Positions 20,744 through 23,452 of a stretch of DNA of 23,452 nucleotides are shown piece after piece. Numbering within the stretch: position 1 is the stretch's first letter; each line of letters begins with the position of its first letter. Position numbers and translations under genes: made by a program. Source of the stretch: Octopus sinensis. Taxonomy: Eukaryota. A model generated the notes under the pieces. It saw nothing but the letters and a program-made list of their open reading frames with translations, was not told the origin of the DNA and searched no databases. The stretch is taken from the NCBI RefSeq assembly GCF_006345805.1, contig NW_021836360.1:1-23452 (forward strand), written 5' to 3'.

Positions 20744-20921
20744 AAGGTGGCGAGCTGGCGGAATCGTTAGCAGAGTTTCGTCTGTCTTTGCGTTCTGAAG
20801 GTCGACTTTGCTTTTCACCCTCTCGGTGTCGATCAAACAAGTACCAGTTGGGCTCTGGGGTTGATGTAATCGACTTACCACCGCCCTCGAAATTGCTGGC
20901 GTTGTGCTAAAACTTGAAATC
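20744..20921 (+). mobile_element. SINE family A, older copy with two internal deletions
   Basis: aaggtggcgagctggcggaatcgttagca..tttcgtctgtctttgcgttctga..aggtcgactttgcttttcacc..aagtaccagtt; the B-box segment is missing. atcaatatttat occurs near both ends. Confidence 0.8.
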
Positions 20922-21162
20922 AATATTTATCTATTTATCACAGGTATCTGTGTTTGATCAAAATGTTGACCATTGAACCCTGTACTATTTTACCAGTTCT
21001 TTTCCTATTCCATCACCCTCGATATTTACTCCGCACTTCCTTCATATCTCGACCTTGTTACCCCTTCGCTCTTATAATAGCCGTCTCCTTTAGCCTAAGC
21101 TACACCTATACTTCTTCCCCTGTCCCATCTCTAGCTCCCTCTTACTTATCCTGCTCGTTTCT

Positions 21163-21655
21163 CTAGCTTCTCTCGTTTCCCTAGATTCTCTCGTCTCCCT
21201 AGCTGCTCTCGTTTCCCTAGCTTCTTTCGTCTCCCTAGCTTCTTTCGTCTCCCTAGCTTCTTTCGTTTCCCTAGAGTCTCTCGTTTCCCTAACTTCTCTC
21301 GTTTCCCTAGCTTCTCTCGTTTTCCTAGCTTCTTTCGTCTCCCTAGCTTCTCTCGTTTCTCTAGCTTCTTTCGTCTCCCTAGATTCTCTCGTTTCCCTAG
21401 ATTCTCTCGTCTCCCTAGCTGCTCTCGTTTCCCTAGCTTCTTTCGTCTCCCTAGCTTCTCTCGTCTCCCTAGCTTCTCTCGTTTCCCTAGAGTCTCTCGT
21501 TTCCCTAACTTCTCTCGTTTCCCTAGCTTCTCTCGTTTTCCTAGCTTCTTTCGTCTCCCTAGCTTCTCTCGTTTCCCTAGCTTCTTTCGTCTCCCTAGAT
21601 TCTCTCGTTTCCCAGATTCTCTCGTCTCCCTAGCTTCTCTCGTCTCCCTAGCTTC
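21163..21655. repeat. 18-bp minisatellite (ctagcttctctcgtttcc), about 27 units, with a 12-unit higher-order repeat
   Basis: cta(g) recurs every 18 nt from 21163; rare unit variants recur exactly 216 nt apart. Confidence 0.95.
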
Positions 21656-21774
21656 CCCACTCTCTGTATTTCCACCTCATTTCCTATGTGGCCCATGTGG
21701 CTGTTTTATTCCAATACTCCTCCTTTGCCATTTCACCTCTCTTGCCAAACCGATATAAACTGATGTAGTTTCAC

Positions 21775-21963
21775 AGTATCCGAAACATAACAAGCAAGAA
21801 AAAACAACAACGCGAGGACGTGGAATAAGTACAGTGTTATTGGACGCTCAGGAAAGGAAAGAAGAGAAAGAGGATTTCACGTTTCGAGCGGAGCTCTTCG
21901 TCAGAAATATAGAAAAAGTCCAAAGAATGGAAGACGGAGAAAGAAAATCGCCAACGATACACA
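21775..21963 (-). mobile_element. Dispersed hammerhead-bearing repeat, copy 2
   Basis: Reverse complement of 7625-7815. Motif at 21874-21908 reads ATTT-CTGACGA-A-GAGC tcc GCTC-GAAA-CG-T-G-AAAT; G at the cleavage position predicts inactivity. Confidence 0.75.
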
Positions 21964-22057
21964 GTTCTATTTTATTGTTTGCATCGTCAGACATATTCAT
22001 CTATCTATGTGTGTGTGTTGAGGGGGACGCATATACTTATATAAACATATTATAGAT

Positions 22058-22208
22058 AGGCATAGGAGTAGCTTGCTTACGAACCACATGGTTCCGGGTT
22101 CAGTCCCACTGCGTGGCACCTTGGGCAAGTGTCTTCTACTTTAGCCTCGGGCCGACCAAAGCCTTGTGAGTGGATTTGGTAGACGGAAACTGAAAGAAGC
22201 CCATCGTA

Positions 22209-22284
<76 letters not shown>

Positions 22285-22515
22285 TAGATATATATGTATG
22301 TGGTATGTGTTTGTGTGTCTGTGTTTGTCCCACCAACATCGCTTGACAACCGATGCTGGTGTGTTTACGTTCTCGTAACTTAGCGGTTCGGCAAAAGAGA
22401 GACCGATAGAATAAGTACTAGGCTTCCAAAGAATAAGTCCTGGGGTCGATTTGCTCGACTAAAGGCGGTGCTCCAGCATGGCCGCAGTCAACTGACTGAA
22501 ACAAGTAAAAGAGTA
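22058..22515 (+). mobile_element. SINE family B with an A-box deletion and an expanded internal (TA)n
   Basis: Head reads ggcataggagtagcttgc, lacking ggctgtgtggtaagt; the rest aligns to 1196-1614. Confidence 0.92.
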
Positions 22516-22994
22516 TACATACTTAAACACACACATACACACACACACGCACGCATGTTTATATGAATGCGTGCATACAATCATACGCACTCTCAATCTG
22601 TCTGCCCGCCTGTCTGTCTGTCGGTCTCTGTGTCTCTATCTCTGTCACTCTTTATCCTTCTTATTCGTGACTTTCTGTCTCTGTGTCCATCAGCTGTTTC
22701 CCCTCCCGCCCCCGTCTCACATGCAAACAGATACAATAAGACAACTCTCTCTCTCTCACACACACATACACACACACACACGTGCGCGCACACGCACATA
22801 CATACATACATACATACATAAACATGGGCGCGCAAAGACACACAGACACACGCACACATTACCTCCTTCCATTGAGTGTGAAAAAGTAAAGTAAATGAAC
22901 AGACACATGTATTACGATCTAATTAAAATCACTAACACTTAAGTATTTCTCTTTCAGGCAGATTTCCTCTCAATTACCGCCCGTCTTCTTCTGC

Positions 22995-23314
22995 ACCGCC
23001 GCCATCACTGCCACCACCACCACCACCACCACCACCACCACCACCACCATTGCCGCCGCCGATACCTCCCACCATCACCATTATCACTGTCATCACAATG
23101 GACACACACTGTGAACATCATTAACACCACCACACCGCTCCTTCTTCTCTCCATCACCACTGACATCTAACTGCCGCCAACTCCAGCATCCCTCCCACCA
23201 CTACCACTACCACTACCACTACCACCACCACCACCACCACCACCACCGTCCTCGTCGTTGTTGGCAACATCTCCAGCATCGTCATCATCGTCTTTGTCTT
23301 CGTCGTATTCGTCG

Positions 23315-23356
<42 letters not shown>

Positions 23357-23452
23357 CCATCACCATCGTCGACGTTATCCCTATATTCATGACCACCACC
23401 ATTATCATCACTATGATTGCAATTAATGCCGCTGCCCCACCATCATCGTCAT
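22995..23452. repeat. Mixed trinucleotide tract (ACC)n/(ACT)n/(TCG)n/(CAT)n
   Basis: Direct reading; same style as 6465-6912. Confidence 0.9.

Noticed and set aside
21163-21655. CRISPR-like array or repeat-protein gene
   Set aside because: Units are contiguous with no unique spacers, the context is eukaryotic, and there is no start codon or splice support.

Overview
AT-rich, repeat-saturated eukaryotic non-coding DNA (intronic or intergenic). The repeat repertoire looks like an octopus (cephalopod) genome; this is recognition from memory, not a search. I found no credible host protein-coding exon: the supplied ORFs are microsatellite, SINE or transposon read-throughs. The window holds three families of tRNA-derived SINEs (called A, B and C here), two decayed RTE-clade LINE fragments, possible R4/Dong remnants, a Tc1 end, a decayed Tc1/mariner transposase, a 427-bp internally deleted hAT element with an 8-bp target-site duplication (TSD) nested in a SINE, a 155-bp palindrome, an 18-bp minisatellite with 216-bp higher-order structure, a ~370-bp tandem duplication and many microsatellites. 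The most interesting signal is a set of type I hammerhead-ribozyme folds in at least three unrelated repeats: a near-canonical one at 17449-17528 inside a retrozyme/Penelope-like direct-repeat unit, a minimal one in two dispersed copies (7686-7720 +, 21874-21908 -), and a variant with a swapped G3-C8 core pair at 13938-13988. A fourth, split remnant lies near 19529-19740.
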